A stretch of 64,000 nt of DNA, taken from positions 124,001-188,000 of the forward strand of contig NIVC01001848.1 of assembly GCA_002269645.1 (NCBI GenBank), given 5' to 3'. Below the pieces are notes generated by a model that was not told where the DNA came from, did not search any database, and saw only the letters and a program-made list of their open reading frames with translations. Shown piece by piece: positions 60,451-64,000 of the stretch. A program made the translations under genes and the position numbers. The stretch is from Macrostomum lignano. Taxonomy: Eukaryota. How positions within the stretch are numbered: the first letter of the stretch is position 1; each line of letters begins with the position of its first letter.

Positions 60451-61225
60451 TTTCCTCCATCTCGCCAATGCAGTCGAATTGTTGCACCTTGGCATTATCA
60501 AGTCTCGCAAATAAATAATTCTGCCCCAGACACCCGGAGTCTCAAAGTTTCCACTCTAACCTGCTTGCCAATGTCTCAGCCTGATCAATACCGTCCACTT
60601 CGTAATCTACAAATCTGAACTTCGGTTTCTGTTTGCTGCTCTTTTGGCAGTATTTAATTGTGATGACCTCGGCATACAGTAGTACGCTCGTAATAAGCAG
60701 GACAACTGCGCTGTGCATTCAAATCAAATACAATGTGTGCTGATAGACTGTATTTCACTTTTATCGTCATCGTCTTTATTCGGCATTCCAAATTTGGAAG
60801 GTGATCTAAGCCTGCCTGTATAGATAATGACGGGCTGATGGCAAGGTTATATATAGCATGCTTCAGTGGGCTTGGCCCGGGAAACTTCAGGGCATGTATA
60901 AGGGATCAAATAATTAATGGGGCTGCAGCAGTCCCGCCTTCCTGCTGCTCGCATGCGAAGCCGCCCATGGAAAAGAAATTGCCTAGAAAGACTTGTGATT
61001 TACTGACTCTGTGCTCTGCTGCTGATCTGCGATGGCTGTGTCTCAGCTTAGCGATTCGAGCAGTTTCTGAGTATGAGAAGATTCATTTAATACCTGACAC
61101 ACTTGCTGCATCTTTAACTTTTCTGCACCAGTTTTTTAGGAATTTGAAACCTTTTTCAGAATTTACAAGTTCAGAAAATACAAATACTAGCTTGTAATAA
61201 TAGCATGCTTCAGAACAGACTTTAG

Positions 61226-62361
<1,136 letters not shown>

Positions 62362-64000
62362 AGTCTTGGTGTTGTTTAATTTTTGAAAAACACTTTGTAG
62401 GCTAACAAACTCGTAAATTAACGTAAATATACCCTACGTAAAGTAAAGTAACGTTAAGTAACGTTTATTTACCTAAAATCACGTTAATCAACCTTCAGGC
62501 TATTAGTTAATTAACCGCCCCAATACTAACCCTTGTTTTCAACGGGTTAAAATTAGTCACCAGCTGCTACTCATAGAATGGAGAAGTCAGGTTTCTATTT
62601 CTCCGCATGATAGACTTAACAAATTAAGGAAATTGGGAAAATTAGGAAATTTAGGTGAGTCTATATGCACAGTCAATACTCGGATACGCCATAGCCACTC
62701 ATGACTATTCATTAGAAGAAATGGAGTTTGCTCTGCTCCGAGCGGTGTGAAGCTCCAGTTTCTAATATGATTTTAATGAATAGCTGATAGAGTAAACAGA
62801 TCGTAACTGCGTGAGGTGGCTTTCATTCCCAGCAATAATTGTACCACCTGATTGTACTCCCTTTATTCTTAGTTCGGCTACTTACAGTAGACGGCAATGC
62901 TTCTGACGTGTTTATTTAATTTCCCCCCTTTTATTCGAGCAGTTTCTTTCGTTAAAAAAATTAACGCCACTATAAGTGGGTTGTGGAGCATTTTGAATGA
63001 TAATCAGTTGACTGCAGACTGTAGAATTTGTTTTACTGGAAAAATACAGACAGCAGGAGCTCATTGTCAACATGCGGAGCTGACTCTTCACTTCTCGCAA
63101 ATCTATTTCGCGGAATTTAGGAAATTTAAAACAGTGAAATTAGCATCAGAAAGTTTAAAGACTACTCAAGTAGAAGGGCGGGGAACTATACGTTGAAGAT
63201 AGGAAGTTTTCATGTTTTCAGCACAAAAATTGTTATTGCTTTCGATAGGAGGCAGACCCAATGTTCATATTTTGATATGCTGTGTCTGTCTTATAGCTTT
63301 ATTGATATTCATAAAGCTGTTGCTTCAGAAAATTAGGACTCTGTGTTGATTTTCGATTCTACGCACATTGTCTGTACCTAAAAATCATTAAAATGCATGG
63401 CACAGCTCCAATCTTTGGTGTTATGAATCTATTTTATCATCTCTGTTACACATATTGGTGCACAATCAGCTGAGAATGACAAAATAGATTCTTAAAACCA
63501 AGGAGCCGAGCCGTGCCATTTTAATTAAGGGCTTTTAGGCACATGACATGTTTAATTGTACATGCATGTAGAAATAGGATAAAAAATTAACATAAAATCC
63601 CAATTTTCCAAACAAAAAGCTCGATGAATATCGAGCTATAAGAAAGGCACAGCATATCAAAAGATGAACAATGGGTCTGCCTCCCATCGAAAGAAATAAC
63701 ATTTGGGCTGAAAAAATGAAAACTTCTTATCTCCGCAGTTCCGGTAAAACCTGCCTTCTAAAATTTTCCTAGAAACGTTGGTTTCCCGTTCTTCCACTTG
63801 AGTAGTTCTTGAGTAGTCACATGAGAAAGTTATGCGACAAAATTGTAAAGTAACGTTGCTGGTTGGAAAGCTGAAAGTTCTACTGTAAATTCTACATTGA
63901 ATTACAAAAAAGTTGAGACAAATAAAAATCAGTTCGTTTTTTTGTAAGTAGTGCGAGACGACAGTGGAAAAAGAGGTTTTAAGATTTAAAAAATCACACT

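Noticed and set aside
63618-63637. 8-bp-stem hairpin agctcgat-gaat-atcgagct
   Set aside because: Short, with no TSD and no Helitron-type CTRR end following; expected by chance in 64 kb.

Overview
Repeat-rich eukaryotic (animal) genomic DNA with GC-rich exons in AT-rich, tandem-repeat-laden introns and spacers. The style resembles the flatworm Macrostomum lignano, but the taxon is only an inference. Four + strand protein-coding genes can be reconstructed by hand with GT-AG junctions and consistent phases: a CDC50/TMEM30 flippase subunit (3 exons), UBAC2 (2 exons), an RGK-family small GTPase (5 exons) and an intronless GT32 (DXD) glycosyltransferase. Roughly half the window is tandem repeat, including a ~17.5-kb G-rich satellite with kilobase-scale higher-order duplications and about 20 minisatellite or microsatellite arrays. 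Almost all long ORFs in the ORF track are artefacts of these repeats. Several small mobile elements are visible. The most unusual is a ~280-bp TIR element with a 9-bp target-site duplication that carries a 28S rRNA fragment covering the R2/I-PpoI target, altered exactly at the cleavage site. Also present are a 39-bp perfect hairpin with an 8-bp TSD (minimal hAT-like element), a CORE-type tRNA-head SINE with an 11-bp TSD, and further MITEs. No tools were used; family assignments come from recognised motifs and recalled consensus sequences.
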